Part shown: positions 37,029-50,140 of the stretch, piece by piece
How the letters are laid out: each line of letters starts with the position of its first letter
Numbering within the stretch: position 1 is the stretch's first letter
Assembly (NCBI GenBank): GCA_038087875.1
Contig: CM075982.1
Span: forward strand, 57,040,001 to 57,104,000
DNA from: Malacoraja senta
Lineage: Eukaryota
Direction of reading: 5' to 3'
DNA: 64,000 nucleotides
Program-made: the position numbers and the translations under genes
The notes under the pieces: generated by a model
Seen by the model: the letters and a program-made list of their open reading frames with translations, nothing else
What the model was told of the DNA's origin: nothing
Database searches by the model: none

Positions 37029-38599
37029 ATGTTATTTATTTAATGTTACCAACTTGTACCTAAAAATTAATTTGGTTGTGTCTGAGATCAGTAGCAGAGC
37101 TGTGAGAAGAATGGTATGTGGCTCATGAAGTGCATGGAATATACCCCTGATGTACATTCACTGTGAAAATACACATCTAAAGCACAGGTCAAGGGTTGAA
37201 ATTAAGCTTGTATGTTCTGGATGAGGTAAAATGAACTGGAAAAACATATCTGGTTTGACAGGAATATAAATCGGTGCAGGGAAATGCCAACTGTTGCATT
37301 TAATTATTATGGAAATTTTCATTGGCGTGGGAAGATAAAGTTTGCATTCAGGCATCTAAAACTTGTTCAGTTTTAGAGCCTTTGCATATTGAATTATTTT
37401 ATAAAGCCTTTCTTATTGAATTATTTTGCCACATACCAATGTTATTATTCATCAGTGATGCCTTTTTGCTGCAGTGTTCATTTTGGTGACTGGTTTCATA
37501 TGAGTGCAAAACATTGAATCCCTGACGATACAGACAGCAGATGGCCAGGGGATGAATTACAGATGTGTTTTATGAGGAAGATGCCATTCTCTCTAGAATT
37601 GGCCTAAAACTATATTTGTACTTCATTCTTATCTACAAGACTTTTGTACTCCATTCAAAGTTGAATTTCTTTGTGTGCTCTGTCTTTTGGCAAGATTCCC
37701 TCACCTTTTGTAGCATCCGATGCTTTCTTAAAACAGTGAGCAAAATGTTTTCTAAAGAATAAATTTGGTGCCTGAATAGACTTAGAAATTCATTTGTTCA
37801 TACTGGAAAGCCAGATAATACAATTATAGAATGATGCAGAACAAATTGAGGGCATTCCGTCCATCATATCTTCATTAGCTCTTTCCTCACAACTCTAAAA
37901 ATCCCCCTTTCATGTATCCATCCAATTTTCTTTTGAAAGGTGTTACTGAATCGGTTTGTATCACCCCTTCAGGCAATGCATCCCAGATCATTAAAACTCA
38001 TGTAAAATTGCAGATCCCTTGTGATCTCTAGCTCTCCGTCACTGTAGGTAGCTTCTTTTTTAATCTGTCAACAGTCTCAGGATCACGAACAGGCAACAAA
38101 TTATAATCCCCAGGCTAAGAACAACCATCTCAGTTTCTCTTTATAATGTACAGTACCACTCTTTCAGAAATCTTGCCACTACTTCCTCTATGACCTTGAC
38201 ATACATGTACTTTTGCCCAGTGTTCAGCTTTGGCTCTTATCAGGAACTGGGGTCTAAACAGTGGTTTTAAAATGGTTAGCATATCTATTTAATTTTTGTA
38301 CTCAGTGCCTTAATTTACAATGCGAGGGAATCCATAATGCTTTTTTAACAGCCCACTTACAGTAAATGGTTCAACAACTGTTCTATATTTACATATCTGC
38401 ATCCTCCCATCTCCTTACCTGCTTCCGAACCAGAGGGTTCCAACCAAAACTTCACCTATATCTCTTCTCCAGATATGATGCCTCACCTGCTGAGTTGCAC
38501 CAGCATTTTGTGTCTATCTTCGGTATAAACCAGCATCTGCAGTTCCTTCCTGCACACATGGTTCTAGCTTTGCTTATTATAGCCTCTCTGTTGGAGCTG

Positions 38600-38990
38600 G
38601 CTGAGTAGCTGATAACCTGAATGCTAGGGATGGTGGCCTGACAGTAGCCTGTTTTTCATAAACTTGGAGTCTTTTGCAGAGACATGATTGATGGTACATT
38701 TCCATTGCTTGCATGAGATGCTTGCTGTAGATAGTTAAAATCTCTGGGGCATACAGCAGGGCAAGAATCACTTCCACATGGTAGACTATGTTTTATGCTG
38801 GGATTAGGGATTTTTATTCAGATGTCTGAAGACTGTGCTGGTGCACTGGGCGTGGGGACGTATTTCTTCATTGATGCTGTGTCTTTACTGAGAAGTAGCT
38901 CCCATGCCATCTAAAGTGGTCCATGTATAATATTTTGTTGTGAGCCATTATTTTAAGGTGTCCTGATGTGCAGCAGTGCAACAAGTTACT
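38600..38990 (-). mobile_element. RTE LINE remnant
   Basis: EVILALLYAPEILTIYSKHL...MYHQSCLCKRLQV matches the RTE motif LLYxxETWT...HQRCLRxIL. Confidence 0.7.
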
Positions 38991-39339
38991 GTGTATCTCC
39001 TGTATCTGTGAAATGCAATTTACTGAACTTAAAAGAGTAGTTCACGTTACACAGAGCCTACTAAATTGTCCCTATATCCCCCTTAATATTGTTACCTTTT
39101 CTCTCTCTTTAGGTAATGTTCCCTTCCCCACACAATCTGTTGTTATTAACTGTTCCTTGACAAACCCATCTGTCTCTAAAAACTGACACTTCATCTCCAA
39201 CTTTCCTCACACCAAGTATTGATGTGCTGTGCCTCCTCAAATTTGTATTATTTTTTCCCAGAGAATCTGTTTAATTTTCTCCATTCAGGTTCCTGCCACA
39301 ATAATAAAACAATAAACCCAAATTACAATTAAAACAATA

Positions 39340-40345
39340 TATGGCTTTGGAAAAGTTGTCTGTCCCTCCCCGTCTTTCTCGTCTGTTGCTTTGACACTAC
39401 TAACTGCACCATTACCCTCCAACGCCTTTCCACCATCTTGCTACTGGGTGGGACCACTGTAGCTGGGTTTCATTGTTAGTTGCAGTCTATGTAGCCCTGG
39501 AATATCTCTTCTTATTGCTCAGGTGCCACACCTCTGGTGTTGCCAAAGGATCTACTCCTGATCCTTCCTACTTCTCATCTACTTGCTTTCGCTCAGTCAA
39601 CATCCAAAAACCTAGTTTCACTTTCCATGTAATTCCTGATAGTTCCCATTACTATTTCAAATACTTTGACTAAATTTGCTAAAGAATAATAAGGAAGGGG
39701 ATGTCCAACTAAACATGATCAGAGCCATTGTTTTCATTCACAAACACAAAATAGGTTACTTAGCCACAGACTCCACACTCTCCAATGTATTTTTTTCTGA
39801 TATTGAAATGGACCCATCATAATTGGGTATCTTATTCGATCCAAAGCTGTTGTTTGGATCTCATATTCATGCCTTCATTAAGACCCCTGTAATGTTGTCC
39901 AAATCTAACTCTGAGTCTGATCACCTGATGTGAAATAATGAACCATGAATCTGTCTCCTTCTAGTCTTGCCTATTTCAGTGCACTTTGATGCGTTGCTAT
40001 AAACGAGAGGCTATCAGAACCCTACTGTTAATGCCATAACTTGTGTAAAGTTCCATTTACTCACTACACTCTGTGATCGCTCCTGATTAAGCCAAGTTTA
40101 CATTTAAAATTTCTCATTCTCAATTTTAACTCACCCCATGGCCTTGCACACCCTTATCCCAAATATATGTAATCTTCAACCCCCCACAAGCTTACAGGAT
40201 ATGAATCCAGGTTCTACGAATTCTGACCTCTTGGTCATCCCTAAATTTAATCACCTCACCCATTTCAATCTCTGGAATTTCTTCCTTAAAGGCCATTGCT
40301 TCTTTACATGTCCTTTCTTTTTAAGACATTACATTAAAAAACTAT
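39340..40345 (+). mobile_element. L2 LINE remnant
   Basis: Degraded LDLSAAFDT (CTGTTGCTTTGACAC) and GVPQGS (TCTGGTGTTGCCAAAGGATCT) regions, with an L2-like 3' end. Confidence 0.65.
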
Positions 40346-41799
40346 TTTGTCAACCAAAGTATTAGTTACTGGCCTTAATAAATTCACATGTAGTTCAATG
40401 TCAAGTCTTGTTAGTAATGATATAAAACTCTGGGAGGTTTTGCTATGTCCAGCTAAATATAAATTGTGATTAGATAATAGCTGGTTAAGTTGATACATTT
40501 GTATTCTTAGTCTGCCCAACTTTTAAGGGTTAAGTACAGGAAAGTAGGATCTAACTCGTCTGATTGTTTTATCATGTTCTTTATCACCAAATATCAATTG
40601 TCAGGGATGGAAGTGCAAAGCAGCCCTTTAGATAAATTGCAAAGCCGTAAAGTGTTTTCATGGTCAACGATTTGTTAAGGTGCCAAAGAAAGGAGGACAT
40701 TTAAGAAGGACTGTCAATGTAATTAATTGGAATCCATGAACTGCCCAAGTAGCTGATAATGTTTTTACTTGAATTAGTATAATTGGGATAAGAAAGTCTA
40801 AATTTTAATTCATTTAGTTGTTAACAAAGTTTCTTCATATTTTGAACACTGAGTGGTTTGATGAACCCAATCTCTTTAAATCCTTTGCCAACATTGACAG
40901 AATACTCAACCAAATGTATAAGGTTTTATTTTAATTCTGTCAATTCTCTCTCAATGGTGCACATATTGATTACACTTGAAATTCCAGTTTGTGACTGTAC
41001 AAAGAGGCCTATATGCCACATTATGATGTTATTAATGACCAAGCAGACATTACTTCCTTGTATAATGGACTTTGGCCTCCAGATTTGGATAAATTCTGCT
41101 TGTGCAGGCAATGGAATTACATAATTAAACATTACTTTGATAAATGCTAGTTGGAGGTAACTGGCATTCATTCCCTGATCCATCATACCAAAGAGAACTG
41201 CATTTTCTTTTTTGTATTAAATAATTTTACAATGAGGATATCATTCCTCCCATGATTGCTCATGAACCTGATATGTTTCGATGAATATATCAGCATGTTA
41301 ATTCTTTTTAAAGTGTGCTCCCTTTACATCTCACCCTTACAATGCATGGCTTTGATTTCATGTGAAGTGCAATTATTTTTGAAGCGTTATTTCCATACCA
41401 TACATCACAATGAATTAATTTCTAACCGCTGTGAACTTTACTTATGAATCTTGGCATGAATAACCAGAGAGAAAGCATATAACTGGGAGTAATGCCAGTT
41501 TTATGTGACGTGTAAATCAATTATAATTTCTTTGTTTAACTAACTGAACCTGTTTCCTGAATTCCAACCCTATTTTAGTGCTAAAGTTGTGGTTTCAAAA
41601 TAGTGAATGTATATTTGTGATGCAGAACCATTTTATATTAAATACAAGTATCATTCTTCCCATTCACAAAGAATATTTAGTGTTCAACATTTGATTTTTA
41701 CCAAACTAAAATGAAATCCTGATGGAGAATATTTTAGATACATGACACTTATCGTTGTAATTAAGCTTAAATTCTTAAACCATCTTGTGCTGTTGTAAA

Positions 41800-41942
41800 G
41801 TGCAGCAAGGAACTACAGATGCTGGTGTAAAACAAAGATAGACACAAAAATCTGGAGTAAAACAGCGGGTTGGGAAGTATCTCTGGAGAAAAGGAATAGG
41901 TGACGTTTCGGGTCGAGAACCTTCTTCAGACTCATCTGTCTA
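41800..41942 (-). mobile_element. Short Penelope-derived insertion with near-intact hammerhead core
   Basis: Minus strand 41929-41902 reads CTGAAGAAGGTTCTCGACCCGAAACGTC; imperfect TSD TT(G/A)TGCTGTT(G/A)TAAA. Confidence 0.8.
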
Positions 41943-43164
41943 TTATGCTGTTATAAATGTAGACTGCACGACTGTTGCAGCAAGATTACAGAGAACTTGG
42001 CTGACTAAATGAAAGTAACTGAAGCTGCTTTTAAAATTTTAGTCTACATTTTTATTGCACCTTTAAGGTAGCAAAATGTAAAGATTGGAACATGCCAAAT
42101 TGGAATTGGAATTGGTTTGATTTGTGCATTTAGTTTGGTTCAATTTGTATTTCAGATTGGATCAAATAGTGTTGGATTTGGGTCAGATTGTTTGTTAGTT
42201 AATGCTGTAAGCTTCAATGAATAGAGTGAAGAACGAGGTAGTTGTATGAAACACGCGAAACAGAGGGTTCATATTATCATATAACATTGTCTTCGCAGGG
42301 CTCAGAGAAGTTATGTTCAGGTCATAAAGACTAGCAACAATAAGCACCTTAATTTCTACATTGTACAATATTGGGAGAGTTAGGGAGAGATCGTTCTTAG
42401 TCTTCTCCTAACACAAGCCAGTCTTCAGCCAGTTCAATTTACATTACATGATATCAAGAAATCGATGAGCTCAGTAGTTTAGCCAAAGGCTAAAGGTCCC
42501 TAAAATAGACTGGTGTAGTGCTAAAAAAAAAGTGTGTGCTTCTAGCCAAGCTATTCCACTAGATCTACAACACTACCAGTAACCCAACAAATGTAGAAAA
42601 TTACCCAGAGATATTTCGCCCATGTACCATATCCATGTACCACCAGAGGAGGAATCCAGTTTGCTCAGGTTTTAACCTATCCATCTACTCTCAAGCATGT
42701 AAACTGACAATAAGTAATCAGTTACTGATAATTACTCCATGAGGAGTTTTGGTTTGACTCTGAGCACTTAACTTCAGACCTCTTTAGGATCTTAATCCAT
42801 TCTTGAAATTCAGAGGTAAGAGGGTGTTGGCTGTCAATTTCCCTTCACGAATGCTGCCTGACCAGCTGAGTTCCTCCAGCACATTGTTTTTTGGTAAGAA
42901 TTTGGTCAGGTTTCATCAAACTAGCATTCGATCAAACATAGTTTTGAAGAATCCAATATTATGGAAGTTAATGGAATTCAGGAAGAAATCTCTTCACTGA
43001 CTGGAATCGTATAGAGCTGAGAAAGAAGGCCGTGGGTCTCAGAGACTTCACCTCAATTCAGCAATAGTTATAGTCATCTCAACCATTTTAATAACCTTTC
43101 TATCATCATGCATTGGGAAATTGCTTTAAAAATAGAAAACTGGAAATGCTCAACACCTCAAAGA

Positions 43165-43385
43165 AATGGCATTGTAGCGCAGCTTGTAGAGCTTTTCGAT
43201 CCTAACCTCAGATGCTCTCTGTGTGGAGTTTAGACGTCCTCCCTGTGACCTTATGATACTCTGATTTCCTCCCTTAGCCCAAAGACGTGCGGGTTAATTG
43301 GCCTCTGTAAATTGGCCTGGCATGTAAAGAGTGCATGTGAAAGTGGGATGGCATTGAACTAATGTGATCAACGTGGACTCAGGAG
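43165..43385 (+). mobile_element. V-SINE, diverged
   Basis: Core GTGTGGAGTTT...CCCAAAGACGTGCGGGTTAATTGGCCTCTGTAAATT. Confidence 0.75.
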
Positions 43386-43389
43386 TCTG

Positions 43390-43630
43390 ACATTGGAAGA
43401 AAAAGCTGTGTTGCTATTATTTGGACAATGAACCAGAGCATTGTAGAGGGAACAGTCCTTTTGGAATGCAGAATAAAGTGGGGATAAAGTGTCTGGCAGG
43501 GTCAGAAATCATGTGGGTGATATACTGACTGTGTAGATTGGAAGGTGAGAACAGAGGAAACCCAACTGCGGTGCTACGGTGATTAAGTTCAAATGTAGGT
43601 GACCCACCAGTGTCTCTTTGTGAGCAGCTA
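43390..43630 (-). mobile_element. Penelope RT/linker remnant
   Basis: ORF 43417-43638 ...DPARHFIPTLF... resembles the PLE DPTTxHIFPSPPLSAFRRDRSLRNSLV region. Confidence 0.5.
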
Positions 43631-43757
43631 GGGTACAAAGAATATAGAAAGATGCAAAATAATGGAGTAACTTAGCGGATCAGGCAGCATCCCTGAACAA
43701 CATAGATAGGTGAACCAAAATATCATCTATCCATGTTCTCCAGGGATGCTGCCTGAT

Positions 43758-44068
43758 CCTGGCCACACACTCATCTCCCTACTACCTTCAGGTAGAAGGT
43801 ACAGGAGCCTGAAGACTGCAACGACCAGGTTCAGGAACAGCTACTTCCCCACAGCCATCAGGCAATTAAACCTGGCTCGGACATAACACTGAACTTTATT
43901 AGCCAATACTGTTATTTGCACTTTATCAGTATATTGATTCATGTGTGTATATATTTATAGAATGCCTTGTAGTCAATGCCTACTATGTTCTGTTGTGCTG
44001 AACAAAGCAAGAATTTCATTGTCCTATCAGGGACACATGACAATAAACTCACTTGACTTGACTTGACT
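43758..44068 (+). mobile_element. Rex1/Babar 3' end
   Basis: LLPSGRRYRSLKTATTRFRNSYFPTAIRQLN, then ACATGACAATAAA and a (GACTT)n tail. Confidence 0.88.
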
Positions 44069-44509
44069 GATCCCATTGAATCAGCTGAGAATAACCAACT
44101 TCCTCTTCCTGTTTTTTATGATTCCCTGTCAAACCAGTTTCTGTGCTGTGCAGAGGCGCAGGCAGATTTAATTTTAAATTAATACCCCATGCTGACTATG
44201 AGACAATGATAGGGCCTGTCCTCCTCTAGCTTGAAATCTGATACGTAGGTGATGATGGGTGTAAACACACTTGTTACCATTCCTTGGCAACAGTAGGTGG
44301 GCCTCCACAGCCCTACAAATATTGGCCTTGGTTACTGTTCAGTGCAAGGAGAGGGCATTTTCAACCTGCTCTGTAACCTACGAACCTACACACACCAGTT
44401 GTTCATATCAACCCATCATTATTAATACTTTTATTTTTGATCTAACAATGATTAACAACAGCAATTTGTTTTTATGTGGTAGAACAACTTCCGAGGAATT
44501 AGTCAAACA

Positions 44510-45563
44510 AATTTTCATTGGTCAGGAGATTGTGTGCCACGTAGCAGTCGGTGGTGCCCGCAAGAGGAAGCCGCCGCACCCTGCGTGTACCCGAGGGCCA
44601 GAGGGGAGGGTGAATAGAGGAGGGCGGTCAGTGCCGATTTCCGGAGCTGGTCAACTACGAATGTTGTACAATGTAGGGAATATGTTCCCAATGTTGGGGG
44701 AGTCCAGAACCCGGGGCCATAGTTTAAGAATAAGTGGTAAGCCATTTAGAACGGAGATGAGGAAAAACTTTTTCACACAGAGAGTTGTGAGCTTGTGGAA
44801 TTCTCTGCCTCAGAGGGCGGTGGAGGCTGGTTCTCTGGATGCTTTCAAGAGAGAGTTAGATAGAGCTCTTAGGGATAGTGCGGAGTTAAGGGATATGGAG
44901 AGAAGACAGGAACGGGGTACTGATTGTGGATGATCAGCCATGATCGCATTGAATGGCGGTGCTGGCTCGAAGGGCCGAACGGCCTACTCCTGCACCTATT
45001 GTCTATTGAATGTTGAGATTCAAGATGGCGGATGCGGGGAAACAAAGGTGCCGGTAAACGGATTGGGGTCTTACCTCGGAGGTCGGCTGCAGGAGGCAAC
45101 CCCGGGACACGAAGGCTGAATGGTGGCGAGTGAAGTAAGGTATGACGGTTTGCGGGTTGATATATCCGGATCGAGGAGATAGTGGAGTGGGTTGCTGGAG
45201 GTCCTGCAGCTGCCTGAGCCTCGATTGGATCAAGAGGCTGAGCACGTGGATTGGACGTATGGAGAGGTGGAGCAACGGTGGAAGACACCCAACAATTTCA
45301 CTTGGCCAGGCTGACTCTGCAACACTACCAGAACAAATTATGGCCAAGTCAAGAAGTCTACATTTATAACTTCAGACTTGAATCCTAAAAAATGGTGCCA
45401 CAACATGGCAACTCTTGTATGCGGCTCAGTGTACTATTCTTATACACTTGTACTTAACTAAGATTGTGCTTGTGTATAATAGTACTTTTACTAAACTGTA
45501 TGACAAAAAGGAATTTCACTGTACCCTCGGTACATGTGACGATACAGTTCTATTGAACCATTG
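44510..45563 (+). mobile_element. GC-rich non-autonomous retroelement with Rex1-type tail, interrupted by a CR1
   Basis: Homologous to 52621-53030; tail GGAATTTCACTGTACCCTCGGTACATGTGAC. Confidence 0.7.
44667..45007 (+). mobile_element. Young CR1 3' fragment with 8-bp TSD
   Basis: FPMLGESRTRGHSLRISGKPFRTEMRKNFFTQRVVSLWNSLPQ; TSD GAATGTTG at 44659-44666 and 45008-45015. Confidence 0.92.
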
Positions 45564-46595
45564 TAATCAAAAGCTTGATCAAAGAGATAGGTTATAAGAA
45601 ATATCAAAAGAAGGGATTGAGGCAGGAAGGTTTAGGAAGATTTGCAGAGGATAGGACCTGGGAAGCTGATGGAATGACCTTCAATGGAGGGCCAAAGTAA
45701 ATTAGATGCCAAGAAGTCAACATGAGAGCAATGCAATTCTTGGAGGAGTGCTATTCTTAAATGTGACAAATAAATTTGAACGAACTTGAACTTGAACTAA
45801 AGGTAGCGCTCAAGATCTAACCTTCCCAAATTTTTAATATATTCGTACGGCTTAAGTTTTTTGTCTTTAAAATAAAACATTCTCAGAGGCCTACCAAAAA
45901 CAGTACAATTTTATTCATGGCTACAACTCAGAGATGATAATGAAAGGCAACCTTGCAGACTTACTTTAGTTTAAGATGCTACATGTAAATTTATTCTTCA
46001 TTCTGAAAGAGGCTCGACCCAAAACGTCACCTATCCATGTTCTCCAGGGATGCTGACCGACCCACCAAGTTACTCCTGCATTTTGTGTCCTTTTGTGCCA
46101 CATGTGAATTACTTACGAAGTTACATATTACAACACAGAAAGGGGCCATGTCCGTGACACCTCTGAACAGAGCAATCCCATAAGTCCCATTACTTCTCCT
46201 TACTTCTGTGTAGCCCTGACACTTATTTCCTTTCATATGCCCATCAATTTACGTTTATGTAGAAACACTTTTCTATAATTTTTAAAAAATCATTTTGCAA
46301 CTTAACTGCACTGAGGGTAGTGTACAGCAGCTAATTAACTTAGCTGCTGTACACATCTTTAGAATAGGGGTATGTAGACAACTAAGCAATCGGATCTGTT
46401 TATGGATTGCTCTGGTCAATAGTATAACATTGATGACTCGAGGCTGCAAATACATTTAAGGTTTATGCAAGTTTCAACGTGCAAGTGTTGATATTATTCC
46501 CAATTTCAATGTAGTTTTGCTATATGGAGACTGCAAATTGATGTGCTTTTTGACAGAAGTATTTTGTTAAAGAACAGATATTACTTGAAAGTGAA

Positions 46596-46692
46596 GATAG
46601 ACATAAAAAGCTGGAGTAACTCAGTGGGACAGGCAGCATCTCTGGAGAGAAGGAATGGGTGATGTTATGGATCGAGACCCTTCTTCAGACAG
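46596..46692 (-). mobile_element. Short Penelope-derived insertion
   Basis: TSD TGAAAGTGAA at 46586-46595 and 46693-46702. Confidence 0.82.
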
Positions 46693-47188
46693 TGAAAGTG
46701 AACTGAATACAGTCAATGGGAAAACATCTTAAACTAAAGCAAAAGAAGAACCTGAAAGAATCAAGCCCAATTCTCCATATCTATATGTTCTTGACAATAA
46801 AGGGCAAGTTGCTGCAGTGTAATACTAATCACGTCATTCTAACAGAAGGAAGCCCTTTGGCCCATTCTTCTTGCCCTATTTCTTTTAGAGAAAATTGATC
46901 AGTGACAACCATTAGCTGTTTTCCATTATGATGCATAAGGGGTCCAAGTTAGTGTAGTGATAGATGCTCAAATCAGACTGATATGCACCTTGGAGGAACA
47001 CAGAACATAGAGCAGTGCAGCATATGATACATATACCTCAATTCCTTTCATATCCATGTGTCAATTCACCTTAATGCCTTCGAACACCACCTCCTTCTTG
47101 ATCTCAAACTGTCCTGGCATATTAGCATACCCTGCATTGATCTCACTCTGCTCCATGACCTTCTCCTTGGTGAATACAGATTCTAAGT

Positions 47189-47309
47189 TAGACACAAAAT
47201 GCTGAAGTAACTCAGGCAGCCAGGCAGCATCTCTGGAGAGAAGGAATGGGTGACGTTTCGGGTTGATACCCTTCTTCAGACTGAACCAGCATCTGATGTT
47301 CTTTCCTAC
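47189..47309 (-). mobile_element. Short Penelope-derived insertion within an old CR1
   Basis: TSD ACAGATTCTAAGT at 47176-47188 and 47310-47322. Confidence 0.85.
47252..47279 (-). ncRNA. Minimal type I hammerhead ribozyme motif (intact core)
   Basis: CTGAAGA-A-GGGT(ATCA)ACCC-GAAA-CG-TC: both catalytic boxes, 4-bp stem II, palindromic ACGT in place of helix III, GUC triplet. Confidence 0.65.
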
Positions 47310-47566
47310 ACAGATTCTAAGTATCTGTTTCATACCTTGTCCACATCCTTTGACTCCAAGCATAAATCCCCTATTTTATCCTTGAGTGGTCCTACCTTCT
47401 GCCTTGTTACCCTGCCTTTTGTAATGTTTTTATAAAAAGCCAATTTTATTAAAATTTAACTTGCCAAAGACATTTCATGGCTAATATAGACCCTTCTAAT
47501 TGCCTACATGAGTTATTTCCTGTTCGCCTTATATTCCTCTCAGACATTGACTGATTTAAACTTCCT

Positions 47567-49262
47567 AAACATAGAAACATAGAAAATAGGTGCAGGAAGA
47601 GGACATTTGGCCCTTCGAGCCAGCACCGCCATTGATTGTGATCATGGCTGATCATCCACAATCAGTAACCCATGCCTGCTTTCTCCCCATATCCCTTGAT
47701 TCTGCCAGCCCCCAGAGTTCTATTTAACTCTCTTTTAAATTAATCCAGTGAATTGGCCTCTGTGGCAGAGAATTACACAAGTTCACAACTCTCTGGGTGA
47801 AAATGTTTTTTCTCATCTCAGTTTTAAATGGCCTCACCATTATTCTTAAGCTGTGGCCGCCGGTTCTGGACCCCCAACATTGGGAACATTTTTTTCTGCA
47901 TCTAGCTTGTCCAGTCCTTTTATAATTTTATATATTTCTATAAGATCCCCTCGCAACCTTCTAAATTCCAGTGAATACAAGCCCAGTCTTTCCCATCTTT
48001 CCTCATATGATAGTCCCGCCATCCTGAGAATAAACCTCGTGAACCTACACTGCACTGCCTCAATAGCAAGGATGTCCTTCCTCAAATTAGGAGACCAAAA
48101 TTGCATGCAGTACTCCAGATTTGGTCTCACCAGGGACCTGTACAACTGCAGAAGGACCTCTTTACTCCTATACTCAGATCCTCTTGTTATGAAGGCCAAC
48201 ATGCCATTAGCTTTCTTCACTGCTGCTATACCTGCAGGTTTACTTTCAGTGACTGGTGTACAAGGACACCCAGGTCTCGTTGCACTTCCCTTTTCCCTAA
48301 TCAGACCCAATTGAGATAATAATCTACCTCCTTGTTCTTGCCGCCAAAGTGGATAACCTCACATTTATCTACATTATACTGCATCTGCCATGCATCTGCC
48401 CACTCACTCAACCTGTCCAAGTCACTCTGCAACCTCCTAGCATCCTCTTCGCAGTTCACACTGCCACCCAACTTTGTTTCATCTGCAAATTTGCTAGTAT
48501 TACTTTTAATTCAATCATCTAAATCATTAATATATATTGTAAATAGTTGCGGCCCCAGCACCGAGCCTTGCAACACTCCACTCGCCACTGCCTGCCAATG
48601 TGACAGGGACACGTTTATTCCTACTCTTTGTTTCCTGTCTACCAATTTTCTATCCATGGCAATACCCTACCCCCAATACCATGTGCTCTAATTTTGCCCA
48701 CTAATCTCCTGTGTGGGACCTTACCAAAGGCTTTCTGAAAGTCCAGATACACTTCATCCACTGGCTCTCCTTCATCCATTTTACTTGTCACATCCTCAAA
48801 AAATTCCAGAGATTAGTCAAGCAGGATTTCCCCTTCATAAATCCATGCTGACTTGGACCAATCCTTTTACTGCTATCCAACTGTGCCGTTATTACTTCTT
48901 TAATAATTGACTCCAGCATCTTCCCCACCACCGATGTCAGGCTAACTGGTCTATAATTCCCTGTTTTCTCTCTCGCTCCTTTCTTGAAAAGTGGGATAAC
49001 ATTAGCTACCCTTCAAACCACAGGAACTGTTCCTGAATCTATAGAACATTGGAAAATGATCACGAATGCATCCACGATTTCTAGAGGCACCTCCTTGAGT
49101 ACCCTGGGATGCAGAACATCAGGCCCTGGGGATTTATCAGCCTTCAGTCCCATCAGTCTACCCATTACTATTTCTCGCCTAATGCAAATTTATTTCAGTT
49201 CCTCTGACTCCCTAGATCCTTTGTCCTCTAGTACATCTGAAAGATTGTTTCTTCCTTAGTGT
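47567..49262 (-). mobile_element. CR1 (HER1-like) LINE, 1.7-kb 5'-truncated copy covering RT to 3' tail
   Basis: KKANGMLAFITRGSEYRSKEVLLQLYRSLVRPNLEYCMQFWSP...RGDLIEIYKIIKGLDKLDA; the upstream RT is frameshifted; (AAACATAG)n tail. Confidence 0.95.
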
Positions 49263-49934
49263 AGGCTTCCTTTTTCTCTTTGACTCTTCGGTGTTCGCAT
49301 TCTGGCGATCTCTGCCTATCTGCTCCATGGGAGCACCTTCACTACACAGCCTGCAGACGTTTAGGGCTACTCTCCAATGCTTTTGCAAATGCCACTATGG
49401 GTGTGCAGTAAACTCTGTTTATTTGCACGAAACATGATCTGTGAATGAATGAAACAAAAACAAAATCCAATTGAATTTATTGATCTAGGAAGCTCTGTTG
49501 CCAGCCATCCTTAGTAACATAAATAATCAGTCTGTTTATTTATTAGAGGAACGCACCAAATGCTAGAGAATTGGAATGTAAGGATCGGAAGGCAGTCGTA
49601 AAGGCATCCACACTAACTTTCAGGCCTCAAGTTTTTATTATCTCTAATACACTCTCTGATAGAATGGCTTTAAATAAAACTGTGTAGTTAACTTAAAAAG
49701 AAAATTGGACATAGACTCATGAAGAATATATTTGCAGAGCCACAGTGCATGATTGGGGAATGGAACTGAATGGATAATGCTTTAAAAGACCCAGTACAGG
49801 CTAATTAGCCTTCCTCCTTGTGGGCTGCACGATCCTATGTGAAAGAGACCAAAAAGTATTGGTTAAGAGTGGAATTTGTGGCCATATTTTTTTGTTATTT
49901 CATAAAGGACAGCCTTGATGATGCAATATCCAGG

Positions 49935-50140
49935 TATTATTCATGTACTGTATGCCAGCTCCGATTTGTTCTGTACCTTTTCATGCCTCTAGTTTCCCTC
50001 TCCCCTGACTCTCAGTCTGAAGAAGTATCCCGACCCAAAACGTCACCTATTCCCTTTCTCCAGAGATGCTGCCTGACCCTTTGAGTTACTCCAGTGTCTA
50101 TCTTTGGTGTAAGCCGGCATCTGCAGTTCCTTCCTGCACA
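49935..50140 (+). mobile_element. Penelope 3' end / terminal repeat
   Basis: CTCAGTCTGAAGAAGTATCCCGACCCAAAACGTCACC...GCATCTGCAGTTCCTTCC. Confidence 0.8.

Noticed and set aside
44271-44933. 220-aa ORF, the longest in the track
   Set aside because: Chimera of unique DNA, a GC-rich repeat and a CR1 3' end bounded by a TSD; non-ATG start.
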